Part shown: in pieces, positions 1 to 13,009 of the stretch
How positions within the stretch are numbered: position 1 is the first letter of the stretch
Layout: each line of letters opens with the position of its first letter
NCBI RefSeq assembly: GCF_006345805.1
Contig: NC_043001.1
Span: 30,752,001 to 30,816,000, forward strand
DNA length: 64,000 nt
From: Octopus sinensis
Lineage: Eukaryota
Direction of reading: 5' to 3'
Program-made: the position numbers and the translations under genes
The notes under the pieces: generated by a model
The model's database searches: none
The model's input: the letters and a program-made list of their open reading frames with translations, nothing else
Told to the model about the DNA's origin: nothing

Positions 1-184
1 TACACTCTTGGAGTAGTTAACATTAGGAAGGGCATCTAGCTTTAGAAACCTTGCCAGATCAGACTGGAGACTGGTGCAGCCTCCTGGCTTGCCAGTTCTC
101 AGTCAAACCATCCAACCCATGCCGGCATGGAAAGTGGACATTTAACAATGATGATGATAATGACATCTCTGTCTGTCTGTCTGC

Positions 185-221
<37 letters not shown>

Positions 222-562
222 CTGTATATATATATATATACTATATATATATATAAAATATATGTCATGTGTGTGCATCTTTGTGTCTATATTTGTTCCC
301 CATGACTGCTTGACAACCAGTGTTGGTGTGTTTACATTCCCCATAACTGAGTGGTTTGACAAAAGAGATTGATGGGTTGAATACTAGGCTTTAAAAAAAT
401 GTCCCAGGGTTGATTTATTCGACTGAAACCCTTCATGGTGGTGCTCCAGTATGGCCGCAGTCAACTGACTGAAACAAATAAAAGATAAGTCAAGACTATC
501 TTTGGTCATTGGTTTCATTGATCAGGAAGTTAAACATCAACAATACTTAATGCTTAACATTT

Positions 563-960
563 GTAGGCGCAGGAGTGGCTGTGTGGTAAGTAGCTTGCTA
601 ATCAACCACATGGTTCCGGGTTCAGTCCCACTGCGTGGCATCTTGGGCAAGTGTCTTCTGCTATAGCCTCGGGCCGACCAATGCCTTGTGAGTGGATTTG
701 GTAGATGGAAACTGAAAGAAGCCCGTCGTATATATGTATATATATATATATATGTGTGTGTGTGTCTGTGTTTGTCCCCCTAGCATTGCTTGACAACCGA
801 TGCTGGTGTGTTTATGTCCTCGTCACTTAGCGGTTCGGCAAAAGAGACCGATAGAATAAGTACTGGGCTTACAAAGAATAAGTCCCGGGGTCGATTTGCT
901 CGACTAAAGGCGGTGCTCCAGCATGGCCGCAGTCAAATGACTGAAACAAGTAAAAGAGAG
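563..960 (+). mobile_element. tRNA-headed bipartite SINE (family A): head, (TA)n(TG)n, second module
   Basis: A-box TGGCTGTGTGG and B-box GGTTCAGTCCC. Near-identical copies at 21587-21996(+), 25618-26058(-) and 32044-32453(-); older or interrupted copies at 26612-27058(-) and 28846-29830(+). Confidence 0.85.
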
Positions 961-2062
961 TATAAACACACACATAAATTGAGTACAGTTGAGAAAATAT
1001 GACCCAGCATATTATAAAAGACTGTCAGAACATCCTGTTTAGTTAAAAAGTATTAAAGGGACATCGGATGTTTGGAGATGAATACTGAAAATTTAAGATG
1101 TGTTGACAGGAAGCTTTTAGAATTAGAGGCTACTGTAATATTGGAAGGGAAGTTGTATTTCTTCTTTTAATAAGTCAAGCTGTACTCTTATCCATCTATC
1201 CACCTTCCCGCAAATCTCCATAGAAACCAAATATATTTTGTATTTATTTTTGTTTCAAGAATAATTTTATTTAAAAATTCTGTTTGTATATTTAAAAAAA
1301 AATTGTTTTTGATATAAAAATAGTTTATAAGTTTTAAAAATACTTCGCTGTTTGTATATATGTATATGTATACACACGCACATATATATACATATATATA
1401 TATACATATATATACATACATATCTACATGTCTATGTCTGTACATGTGTGTCTGTGTTTGCACTCACACACATGGTATGTAGTATGCCATTTTTGTCTGG
1501 TAACTATAGTAACATGTCAGACAGAATAGTTTACAAGCTGTAGATAATCACACGTTGGCAAGGGGCAGATTATTCATTTACAACTGATAAAATGTTGTTT
1601 AAAATGTTGTTTAATACCAACATGCCAAAGAGGTGGGGGCTCTCTCTCACTCTTTCTCCCCTGAGCACAAACTGCACCAACATCCATATAATAAGCCTTA
1701 CATAGCTTATTACTTACAGTAGTTCTTTTACTATTACCAAGTTGTTTGGGGAAATCTACTGTTGCCATATCTTATATATTAGTCTGGCACTAGAATTTCT
1801 TTGATAATTTCAAGGGGACTGTTTGTATCGTAGTATTGATATTTCATTTTAGATATAAACAAACAGGTTGTTAATGGAGTGCCAGACAAAATACTTCTTA
1901 ATATTTAGTAGTAACTCTTTATATTGTGTGTTTAGATCCCACAAAAGTACACTTACCCTTTCGTTCTTTCGGGGTTGATAAAATATATGAAGTTAAATAC
2001 TAGTGTCAAAATAATTGTCTATGCTCTCCCTCAAAATCTGTGGTCTTTTGCCAATTTTTCAA

Positions 2063-2270
2063 GCTGAGTTAACTGGCAGAGGACCTAGGGGTAGACCAAG
2101 AATGAAATGGTTGGATAGAATCCATAAACTCAACTTGTTACACTTGGGAATTCAGCTGGAAAGTTTAATGATGGTCGCCTCTGATAGGATCCTGTAGAGG
2201 AATTGTTTGAGGACTCTACCCTTGTGACTCTCCCAGGATTAGTTGGTGCAGAAAATGGATAGATAGATTA
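2063..2270 (+). mobile_element. RTE (Expander/Rex3-like) LINE 3' end
   Basis: Encodes ELTGRGPRGRPRMKWLDRIHKL...LGIQLESL; followed by a gaaaatggatagatagat tail. Confidence 0.7.
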
Positions 2271-2473
2271 TTGAAGTACTATTAATAGTAGTTCTTTAAT
2301 ACCAGGTTGATTCTGATAGATCAGATTTATGATCAATCAGAATTGATTAATTAATCACAAGTCTGATCAATCAGGACTAGGTTATTATCAAAAACATTCC
2401 AGCCATACCCAGCTTATATGTTTTTTTCTAGACATAGTATATATAGGAGTACATTATCCAATGCCTTCTTTAA

Positions 2474-2694
2474 CCCTTTCGTTACCAACCCGGCTGAAAC
2501 CACCTCTGGCACTGTAGTACAAATGTCTTGTTTTCATAAGTTTTGAATTCAAATCTTCCACCAAACCTTAGTCACAATTTATGTTCCTAACACTAGCTGA
2601 ATGATAATGAAGTTATTTTACTAAATTCTTTGTTATATTTAAAGTAAATGAAAGAAACACAGAACATCTCAAAATAAATACAGTAATGAAAGGG
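2474..2694. mobile_element. piggyBac-type MITE (221 bp)
   Basis: TTAA|CCCTTTCGTTAC...GTAATGAAAGGG|TTAA, i.e. CCC/GGG termini with a TTAA TSD. Right-end fragments also lie at about 9948-10019 and 46040-46125. Confidence 0.75.
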
Positions 2695-5600
2695 TTAAGA
2701 TAGAAAAAATGTGATATGAGGGAGTTATCTGCAATGGGCATTCTGTCCAAATGAAGGGTCACTCTCATCTGATTTAAACTTCAGAAACTGGAGATAAGGA
2801 TTGGCTTATTGAATGAACAATACATTAGCCCTTTGTATATTAGGACTACTGTAAAATTAATGTTTAATAATTTGGAGATCTCACATCAAGTCTTTCTCTG
2901 GAACAGGAGCTTGTGAAAGAAAACAACTAACTGAGTGTCTTGTTTCAAAAGTTCCACTAATTAGCAGAATCACTGGTAGTTCAATTTCCTGCAAGTAGTG
3001 TAAAGGAAAAAAATAGAAATAAATCATCACTGGGTTGCTGAAGAATGAGTCCTTGATAATCCTTATATCATATGTCCAAAGAAAGGGAAGAGAATATTGT
3101 GAGAGTTGTCTAGTCTCTCCAAGAGAGAGAGAGAGTTTTATGAAAATAAGTTAAATAAAATGGAATGATAGAGGATTTGAAACTGTATTGTAAGTACAGC
3201 TTTTTGATAGCTTATCATCACTCTTTAGTATTGTCAAAGCAATAAGAGTAAAAAGAAACAAAATGAGCAAGTATAGTTTTATTTGCTCTTGGGAAAATAA
3301 AGTTGTGTGGCTTTGTTGAAAACAAGAACAACAATATTCTTTGCTTAGTTTGAAACAAATTACTGTTGACTCTTGTGCTTATTTCCAAATAATAGTCTCA
3401 GTTTCCTGTGAATGTTTCACAGGCAGTCTGTGTCAAACCATTTGCATGTGAATGTAATAGCTTATTTTCTAGTCTCTTGCACCTTCAGACCCTTTTAGTA
3501 TCGCAGTTTGTTTAGAGAAGATAGTTCTTGTCCTTCACTTCCAGTGGGTGTTGATGTCAGTGTTGACGTGGAGAACATTGTGTAAGCAGGAAAGTGAAAT
3601 GATACTGAGGAAAGTTTATACTCTGTGGGTGTTGAGGAAATGGTGTGGTGGTTGGTTGGTTGGCTGGCTTGTTGGCTGGTACTAAGAATAAACTAACGAA
3701 AAGGCACGTGTATTGCTTACTGGTTACTAAACAGTATTATTAACAAAATGAACCAATTTTAGTTTATATATTTTTTTTTAATCTTAGATGATAGCTTGAC
3801 TTTCGAAGAAAGAAAACCCAAAACAGAAAAATGCAAAGGATAAAAATAATAAACTCAGTTACATAATGGAGTATTTGAAGAAATTCTATACAAGTTATTT
3901 TTATACTTGCTTTAAAAAGAATACAGAAGTTACAGAGAATGCCCAGGTCTAACAATTGAAGGAATTTGATTTTGATCAAATAGTTCCAGCAATTTTGGCA
4001 TAGTTGTAACCACACATCTTTTCTCGGATCATTTACATATTAGTCAACAATCATCCAATGGGAAGCAATTGGGGTCCTTTGGTTTTCAGACCTTCAAGTT
4101 GTTTTTGTTTAGCTTCAAGTTAGCTTGACTTTATAATAGCCCAATGATCAAAAGCATTCCAGTTTTATATTTTTGATATCTAGAATTATATTATCCGATA
4201 TGTTTTCTTTTTTCATATATTCAGCACGGTAGTGTTAGTTGGAAGATTTTGCTGCTTTTTCTAGCAGGGTGAGCAGCCAAGTAGAAGCTTCCTATTAGTT
4301 GTAGCAACAAAATTTTCCTCAAATCACACTACCATTTAAAAAATGGATAGACACTTCACACACACACACACACACATATACAAAAGGGGAATGGCCATCA
4401 CTGGCTTATCTCTGATTATAGGTCTACTTAATTAAAACTAATTTAAAATTAATCAAAAATAACAATAAGCTCCATTTTCATGTATTGTTTGTTGTTGAGA
4501 CCCAGGTTAACTTCTATGATAGAAGGCGTTCCAACCATACCCATTGTGTCTTTTTGAGGAGTATGTAGGGCTACATAATATAATATATCCTTTCTTCATA
4601 TTAGATGGTGAGGTGGGATTCTGGAGGAATTGGTTGCTATTTCTAGCAAGTCAAGTGACCACATAGGCCATTTCTTGCAAATCTGGTTTTACTTGTAAAT
4701 CTGGTTTTACCTGCATATACGTGTTTAAATTTATTTGATGTTCTTTCCAAATTTTTAAATCTCTTGTGTTGTCAGTTTGTCACTTTGATTTAGTCAATCA
4801 AAGTCGGTCTATATTTCTTTCCTTTGTTTCTCTTTCCTTCTTTCATTTCTCTATTTCAATGTACCTTTTGGTGAAAAAAACAAACAAAAAAAAAGAAAAA
4901 AAAAACAAAAAGAAAAAAAAGAGTCTTTTCAAAACTTACGAGCAAGTAAATCCACTCACAGGCCTTTGGTTGGCCTGATGCTATAGTTGAAGACACTTGC
5001 CCAAGGTACCACGCAGTATAAGTGGCATCCAAAATAGATAAATCCTGTTGACTTCAAAGGTGTGAAAATGGATGTTGTGACCAGAATATTAGTGAAGTTA
5101 ACAAAATAGTTACAACTGGGAAACAAACCTTGTTTAGAAATTTGTAACTCCATATAATAGATGTGCTGCTAGCCTACTTTTATCACCAGAAGAAACAGCC
5201 GGAAATTACAATGATGGTGAAAATGTGGATGGTGATGAATGATGACAGATGATGGAATGATATGTGAAACTGTGTTTCAGGATTAGCTTAGTGGTATTTT
5301 ATAGCTGTAACATTTCGTAGTTATAAGAATTGAAATAAATAAATTCAGTTAATGATATTTTGTCTGTGAAAAAAGCTGATTTTTCTTTGTTCAGTTGCTT
5401 GAGGCCTTACCAATGATTGCCCGATGAAAGTTGAGTGGATAAAGTTATAGACTACCAATCTATAAGTCTAAAAAACTCTGAAGTTCAAAAGTTCAAATCT
5501 CACCTTGTCTTTCTTTCTCCTTGCCAAAAGCAGACAAATTTTAGCTCCCCATCCCAAGGGTTTTTTTTACTCATTTATTACAGGCCATTATTTATAGTTG

Positions 5601-6026
5601 TATGCACTTTGAGTTACACCACTAAACAAATTATCTACATGTTTCTCGATTTATCTACATAGATATTCTCAATGTAGACAGATATGTTTTTTGATGGGAG
5701 AGAGATCAAAGGTTACTTTGGAGCAGTTGATTGTTGTTATGTCTTTCATGGCTACAGAAGATGCTTCATTCATGTCATATTGGCAGCTATTGGGCTATTT
5801 TGCTATTCAAGGTGTTTTAACCTGATATACTAAATGATATTATCCATAACTGTACTCACTTTGAGACACACCATAAAATAACTTTATATATATAGAGAGA
5901 GATAATGATGCAAATAAACAAATAAACACACTTGGGTTTGATATAGGAAATATACATACCTATATGCATGTAAATATATATATATAGAGAGAGAAACAAA
6001 AACAGAAAATATTCAAAAGATGAAAA

Positions 6027-6060
<34 letters not shown>

Positions 6061-6221
6061 TGTGTGGCACTTTAAACAGATGTCTTCTGCCATAACACCA
6101 GACCAACCACAGCCTTGTGAGTAGATATCATAGATGGAAACTGTAAGAAGCCTTTCATATGCCAGCATGGAAGGCGGACGTTAAGCGATGATGAGGATGA
6201 TATATGTATATATATATATAT

Positions 6222-6861
6222 GAATAAATGGAGTTTAACGCAGGTCTAATTCAAATACTTTTACTTCCGACACATGTTTCGAAGATAACACTGATATTAT
6301 TCCAAAGGAATAAAATGGTGTAAAACAATGTAATCTTCTCTTCAGGGAAATGAAGAAATGAAACTCGTCAATAAGACATTTTAACAGAAAATGATGGATA
6401 TGTATAGTGATTAACTGAACGCTATTAATATTGTTTGAAAAATGTTATATGATATAATATCAGAAGTAGCCTATAGAAAGAGGAGGGATAAATTAAAGAA
6501 AAGATAAATAAATGAGAAGTATATGACTATATGTACATTAGATAAAACCTTATATACTAGGAAAATATATATTTTTAGTGAATGTGAAATATAAAAAGAA
6601 AATTAATGTTTAAATTATATATAATGATAGAGATTACTTATATGAACTAAAGGTGTGTTTTTGCCAATGTTTACATCGATATGCACGCTCTATAACCGTG
6701 TTTTCTAGGGGATTTTTAGATAAAATAATGAAAAATAGTTCAGAATTACAGAGAAGACAGAATTCCTTGCCTTTGTCATAAGGTATCGAGATTGAGAGAA
6801 TCAACCATTCTAAATTAAACTGTTTATTGTGGTCTTTTAGATCCCAAATTAATTTACTAGA
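6222..6861 (-). mobile_element. Penelope-like element 3' fragment (GIY-YIG-type endonuclease C-terminus plus 3' UTR/pLTR)
   Basis: Minus-strand frame 6861-6634 is stop-free: SSKLIWDLKDHNKQFNLEWLILSISIPYDKGKEFCLLCNSELFFIILSKNPLENTVIERAYRCKHWQKHTFSSYK*. It carries the W-LK...W-IL...PY..G...CxxC...CxH pattern of invertebrate PLE endonucleases. A hammerhead follows on the same strand. Confidence 0.8.
6263..6351 (-). ncRNA. Type I hammerhead ribozyme fold, PLE-associated
   Basis: Minus strand reads auuucc-CUGAAGA-gaagau...aucuuc-GAA-ACAUGUGU-C-ggaagu. Stem I is 6 bp, the core is intact, stem II extends to about 13 bp with one U-U mismatch, stem III is minimal, and the cleavage triplet is GUC. Confidence 0.8.
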
Positions 6862-7008
6862 TTAAAACAAAGAAAAAAGGGTGTAACCAAGAAAGGAAAT
6901 CGGGTGGTGGTACCACCACTACTACTATTACTACTACTACTACTACTTGGTGCTGTTGATGTTTTATTGTTATCTTTATTTCTATAATATTTTCTATTAT
7001 TTTTCCAG

Positions 7009-7161
7009 AGGGACAATGTAAAAGAAGCTGTAGCTGCAGCATACACTTACCTCATGGCTGATGCTAAACAAGATACAACAGTGCAGAATCTTATGTTTTA
7101 CCAACAATTTCCTGAAGTTGATACATCAGACTTTGTCGATCTAGAACGGCGACCTTACCAG
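7009..7161 (+). CDS. CRTAP: CRTAP/leprecan-family gene, internal coding exon A (phase 0-0, 51 codons)
   Basis: ttttccag|AGG acceptor and CAG|gtatgt donor. Translates RDNVKEAVAAAYTYLMADAKQDTTVQNLMFYQQFPEVDTSDFVDLERRPYQ, which resembles the recalled CRTAP exon 2 peptide (AIAAAHTFL...NMAYY...DLETKSYE). Confidence 0.85.
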
Positions 7162-8819
7162 GTATGTCAATCAATATCTATAAAGCTGAAATGCGAAAAA
7201 CTTGTTTGATTTCTTGGTTATTTGACTCATTTTGGGATGGGAACAGTTTATGGGGTGATAGATGGGGTCAGATTGGCACCAAAATTTACACTAGCGGGGG
7301 GGGGGATAAAATGGGGTGGGCAATGGTGTGAGGAGGGTTGCAAGTCGTTCGGGGCTACCGTTTGGTTGCCATGGTGAGGAATATGGGAAAGGCAAAGAAG
7401 ACGAACTAAAGAAGAAAGGGAAAAGGAGACAACACACACAAAACAACACCACCACCAAAACCCGAGCAAAGCATGGGTCAAAATAGCTAGTTTGATAAAA
7501 TCATTGAAGATCTTTTGAAACTTGGGTGAGACAAATAAATCAATTTGAAATTTTCTTTGATATTTTTTTCTTTTTTATGAGTAATGTTTTTAGATTAAAA
7601 TTATCCAATATAAAAACTCTTAATACATATTTATAAAGTTTACTTGTATGTGGGTGATTTCTTTATATATTTTTAGCAGTATCACTGATTAATTTGCCAT
7701 TAATCAACTAATGTATTAACTGCTGTTTGCATTCATAGTTTCTCTCATTAATTTGCTGCAATAAAATGTGGTTATTTTTTTCTCATCTAAGTGAATCAAA
7801 GGAAATCTTTATGCTGTGGAGTGACTTCCATAATTTTTCTGGATTGTTTATTGTCAGTCCAGCACTATTTAAACAGATTTTCATAAAGTCTTTTTTTTTT
7901 TTCCTTGTTGAGCTATTCTATGATTGCAACCAAATTGGGTCTCATAAAGAACCCAACAAGACTAACATTCAGTTTTTCTCTTTAACTTGGAAATTTAATT
8001 CAAGGATTCTCTCATCAACATAATAAATGTACTGAATATATTTATTCATATCATGTAAAGAGCAATCTCAACTCGCTTTATTATTAATTCTTGAATTTAA
8101 AAAGGTTTGTTTCTCAGAGTTGATGTCAAGGATACATTAATCAAAATAATATAAAATATTAAATTAGTTGCAAGTTGAGTTGTCAAATACAATATTTTAA
8201 GGAATACTTTTGTAGATAGAATATCAGCTTTCTGATAACTGAATACAAGCTGCATGAGTCTGATTATGAATAATTGAATTTGGACTTAAAATGACATACA
8301 GAGACCAAATAATGTGAGAATATTATTTCTTTTTATTAGTTTGCTTTTGAGGAAGGAGATTGCTGGAGATTGATGCCTTTAATATTGTGCTTGAACTGTT
8401 GTGAATAGACAGCTGCAGGAAATCATATACTGGGTGGATGGGGTGAGGAGAATATCTGAGGGTCCACATTCTGGGAAGAAAGTTCTGGCTTCAATAGTTA
8501 GTTTGTGGTTTGGGGATGGCATGGGGATAGACACAGTGTGTATAACAAGACAAGGAGAAACAAGTGAATTAAGAATGTCTGAGTTTCAGTGGCATGTGGT
8601 CAACCAGTTTCATGAAGCATAGGCCAACGTAGTAGTGGTGGTAAAAGCAGAAAAAGGAAACAGCATGTCTGTGCAGCAGTGGCTGGTGTGTATTTGTGAA
8701 TGACTTCATGTCAGTCAGTCAAGTGGTTTATCTTTTGATGTGGTCCAGGATGCCTGTGTCTATAGTTGTACCACCAAACAAAATGAGCCTACTATTGTTG
8801 TCGTTATTGTTGTTGCTAA

Positions 8820-9066
8820 TCTTCTTCTTCTTCTTTGTCTTCCTCCTCCTCCTCCTCTTCTTCGTCTTCCTCCTCCTCCTCTTCTTCGTCTTCCTCCTCC
8901 TCTTCTTCTTTGTCCTCCTCCTCTTCTTCTTCTTTGTCCTCCTCCTCCTCCTCTCTTCTTCTTCTTTGTCTTCCTCCTCCTCTTCTTCTTCTTTGTCTTC
9001 CTCCTCCTCTTCTTTTTTTCTTCTTTGTCTTCCTCCTCCTCTTCTTTTTTTCTTCTTTCTTTCTTT
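8820..9066. repeat. Compound (CTT)/(CCT) polypyrimidine tract
   Basis: About 245 bp, almost all C/T, with sparse G punctuating higher-order units. Confidence 0.95.
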
Positions 9067-9756
9067 AAGCTGACTGAATCATTAGCACACTGAGCAAAAT
9101 GCATAACAGCATTTTGTCTGTCTTTATGCACTCCATTACAGGTCCTACCTGCACTTTATAGAGGATTAGTAGTTTGTTGGGTGTGAAGTGGACTACTTTT
9201 TGGCTGAGGTGCAATCTTTATTATGCCGAGAATATGTGTTGCTTGGAGAAAGATTCACTGATAGTGAGTTCTAGGATTGAATTGATAGTGAGAGTTGCTT
9301 GCTTTTTATGTTTAAGTGGTGGGTATGTTTAATGATATACTTACTTTGTGTAACTAAAGCCGTTTGATGGGAAGCTGGGCAGTATAATGTATTAATGTTA
9401 GAGCCATAAGCTTTTAATGTACCATGAAATTAAACATAAGTAATATTTTTCTCTTTGTAAATTATCTTGCTGAAAAGTTGAGTGCAATCCTTTTTTAATG
9501 CATAATTAGATTCCAAGAAAAAATTTTATATTTTCTTACTTTTATTTATTTAATTTCAATAATAGTTTGAAAATGATATTTAAAGTGAATAAATAATTCA
9601 TTTATATTTTTCATTGTGATTTAAAAAAATTGTTATATAATTGTTGTATTTACTTAGATATAAGATGGTTCCTATTTATCTTGTGAAGCAAGAAAACCTT
9701 TATAAGAAACTGAATTAAGAAGATACTTCTTCTCTGAAGGATAATTTATAAATATA

Positions 9757-9948
9757 CAAGGTGATATCAAAAGTTCTAGGACTAGTTATATTTAATAAAA
9801 GAAAAATAACTCATTCACTTAAGTTTTAACAGCATCTCCTTCAAAATAGTCCCCTTGCAAATCAATAAACTGATCCCAGTGTTCCTGCCACTTTTGCAAT
9901 CTGGCTTGGAAGTTGTTTTCTGTAAGTGAGTTGAGGATTGTAAGAAAC
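9757..9948 (-). mobile_element. Mariner 3' end with TIR
   Basis: Minus strand encodes WQEHWDQFIDLQGDYFEGDAVKT*, the mariner YFEGD C-terminus. Ends at a TA plus caaggtgatatcaaaagtt terminus. Confidence 0.7.
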
Positions 9949-11643
9949 ACAGAGCATCATCTCAATTGTAAGAAACATAGAGCATCATCTCAAAATAAAT
10001 ACTGTAATGAAAGGGTTAAGATGGTAGGGTGTGGTTTGAGAGAGATCTAGCTGCTATTTTAAGCAAGTTGAGTGATCAAGAGCCAATATTTTGCTCTATG
10101 AAACATTTTGAACACAGTATAACTTTGCTATGAAACAAACTCTCCTTTATATTTTGTGAAACTGTATTCCATCTTCAGTTTGTTATGTCAAATATAGTCT
10201 AACTTGTAATGTGATTAAAATTTGATTATGTGTTTTGGGTATTCAGTCCTCTATGCAATTCTTACTGTCTGTGCAATTAATTAAGATTAATTCAGTCATT
10301 GCATCTGGACTCACAGTTTAGATCTCCAAGTAAAAAAGATTTAGTTTGAGATGCTTGTTGCCGAATGATTGGTTAGAAGTGTCACAAGATAGTCAAACTT
10401 TCAAACTTATGAGACACACTCATATCAGATTTAGTTAGGATATTAATAGATAAAAAAAAATAAACTTCTAGATATTTTAAACTAAAATTATCTAATCAAG
10501 AAATACACACATGCACACACAAAATAGCAGCTAGATCTCTCTCTCTCTCTCACACACACACATACACACATTTCACTCTCTCACTTTCACTCCACCTCTC
10601 ATTCACTCTACCCCTCCTCTCTAAGAAACTTAAGCATAACAAATGACCAAATAATATAGAGTTAAACATGAGGTATCACAGACACACCCTTTGCAAAATT
10701 TAAATATTTCTTTTTTTCTTTTCTTTTCATTCATTCATTGCTATTTTTGTTTAATTTTGTTGCTAAAAATATTGCTAACTAATGAAAATTGTGGGCACCA
10801 TCTGCTGTTCTGGTTCTTTTAATAGTAGAATGATAGTATGCACTTTCCTGAGTATATTCTACCATTGTCAAATATATTTTTTACAGTGTTATCACTGTTA
10901 TTGTTAGTAATAGCTGCCATAGTTTGTTCTGGTTAACTACAATTGTCAGCTTTAAAAAATTTTGTTGACTTTCAAATTATTCAATTTTTTTCTTTGTAAA
11001 AATAATGTTTTCTATTCAATTTGTTTGGCTGCTTCTTTAGACTGTAACCTATATTCTTCAGGATATAAGACATCAGTTGTCAATTATATATATATTTTGT
11101 TCTGTATTTATTTCTCTTTCAAATATAAGGAAATTACAGTAAAAATGAAAATAAAAAAGTGTAGAAAGTCATTGTTTTCATTTAAAATTTTTTAGAAAAA
11201 ATCCTTAAAAATCAAATATATATATATGTGTGTGTGTAATATTTGAGAGCACATGGTGGCTAAGGTTGTAGATAGAATATAAATACTATACTAATAAGTG
11301 AATGAAAGCATAAACAAACTCAGAACACATTTACTCAAACAAATTTAAAATATACATAAACAAACATAGACTAAACATACATCCAATTGTGAACCAACTG
11401 TTGTAGTACTAGTTGTTATTATTGTTTTGATTTAACTCAGCCCTGCTGAAGCAGGCCTATTTATAAAGGGCATTCTAAACACATGTCCATTTTATCTTTT
11501 CATACATTTAAAAATAATCTCAGGCTAAATTATCCATGGTATCCACCTCTTGTTTTAAAGAGAGAAATTTAGTTACTATTTCTAGCTGTTTGAACAACCA
11601 TGTAGAGATACACTCATTGACTTTGATTCTTTTCATTGTTGCT

Positions 11644-11950
11644 GGTGTGGAGGCACATGGCCTAGTGGTTAGAGCAGCGGACTCACGGTTGATGGATCGC
11701 TGGTTCGAATCCCAGACCGGGCGATGTGTGTGTTTATGAGCTAAACACCTAAGTTACATGCGGCTCCGACAGAAGGTAATGGCAAACTTCTGCTGACTCT
11801 TTCGCCACAACTTTCTCTCACTCTTTCCTTCTGCATCTTGCAGCTCACCTGTGACGGATCGGCGTCCTGTCCAGGTGGGGAATCTATACACCAAGGAAAC
11901 CGAGAAACCGGCCCTTATGAGCCAGGCATGGCTCGAGAAGGAACAAACAT
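11644..11950 (+). mobile_element. tRNA-headed SINE (family C group)
   Basis: tRNA-like head ggcacatggcctagtggttagagc...ggttcgaatccc. Related heads or bodies at 12602-12863(-), 42248-42485(+) and 62675-62870(+). Confidence 0.7.
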
Positions 11951-13009
11951 TGTTGCTGGCTGTTGGTCACATATTGGTAACCTTATGTTGGTTATTGTTT
12001 GTTGGCGTGGTATGTTGCTTCACAGATAGGCTGATCGTAATTAGCTGTTAATTTGATTGGCTACTGGTTTACATATAAATTTCAGAATCAAAATAACTGG
12101 AAAAGATGATATACTATTGAATTACCAACTTAAAGATCTTGAGTTCAAATCACTGCTGAGACTTTGTTGTAAATATTCCAGTTCACTTAGTTACTGGCAA
12201 TAACCAGAACCTCTGAGAATGCTAACTTGGCATACACTAATGTCCTACCCAGAAGGAAATTTTTCTCTCTCCGCTCAGTGTCGCAAAACTGTATCTTAAC
12301 ATCAACCATTGAAGACTTCTTGATTGTCATAGGCATTCACATTATTAGACCTTTCCATAGATGGATTAGTATTAGCTGTTGACTTATCCATAAATTGATT
12401 ATTATTGGTTATAGTTTTATATGTGGGTAGATAATGTCTGTAGCTAGGACAGATCAGTATTTGTGGATAGATTAGCATTTGCTATAGCTTTTACATGTTG
12501 ATGAATTAGCATTGGCTGTTGGTTTGCATGTGGACAAATTATGGACTGTTAGTTTACATGTGGTTAACTTAACTTTAGTTGTTGGTATACATACATATCA
12601 GTTGGTTTAAAAATATAAATAAATGCGCCCTTTTAAAGCCTAGCCAGGCTCATGGGCCCGGTTTCAATGGCGTATGTGTTCCCCAGCTGGATGGGACGCC
12701 AGTCCATCGCAGCGTTACTCATTTTTGCCAGCTGAGTGGACTGGAGCAGCGTGAAATGAAGTGTTTTGCTCAAGAACACAACGCGTCGCCCGGTCCAAGA
12801 ATTGAAACCACAATCTTACGCTCATGATGCTGACACCCTAACCACTAAGCCACGTGCCTCCACGGTTGTTGGTTTACTTTATGCAAATTAGGATTTGGTG
12901 CTGTTTTATGTAATGTCCTTGCAACACTGTCTGACCAAGGGTTCCATCAGTCTCTTGTCTCTTCTTGTCAAATTGCACTATCACAGCATTTGCTCATAGG
13001 GCTTTCTCT

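Noticed and set aside
3785-3955. Possible upstream CRTAP exon
   Set aside because: Only short frames with early stops and no leprecan motifs; no phase-0 donor after a YxK-like motif.
11644-11720. tRNA genes (also 563, 31299, 62675)
   Set aside because: A and B boxes are present, but there is no complete cloverleaf and each continues into a multicopy SINE body.
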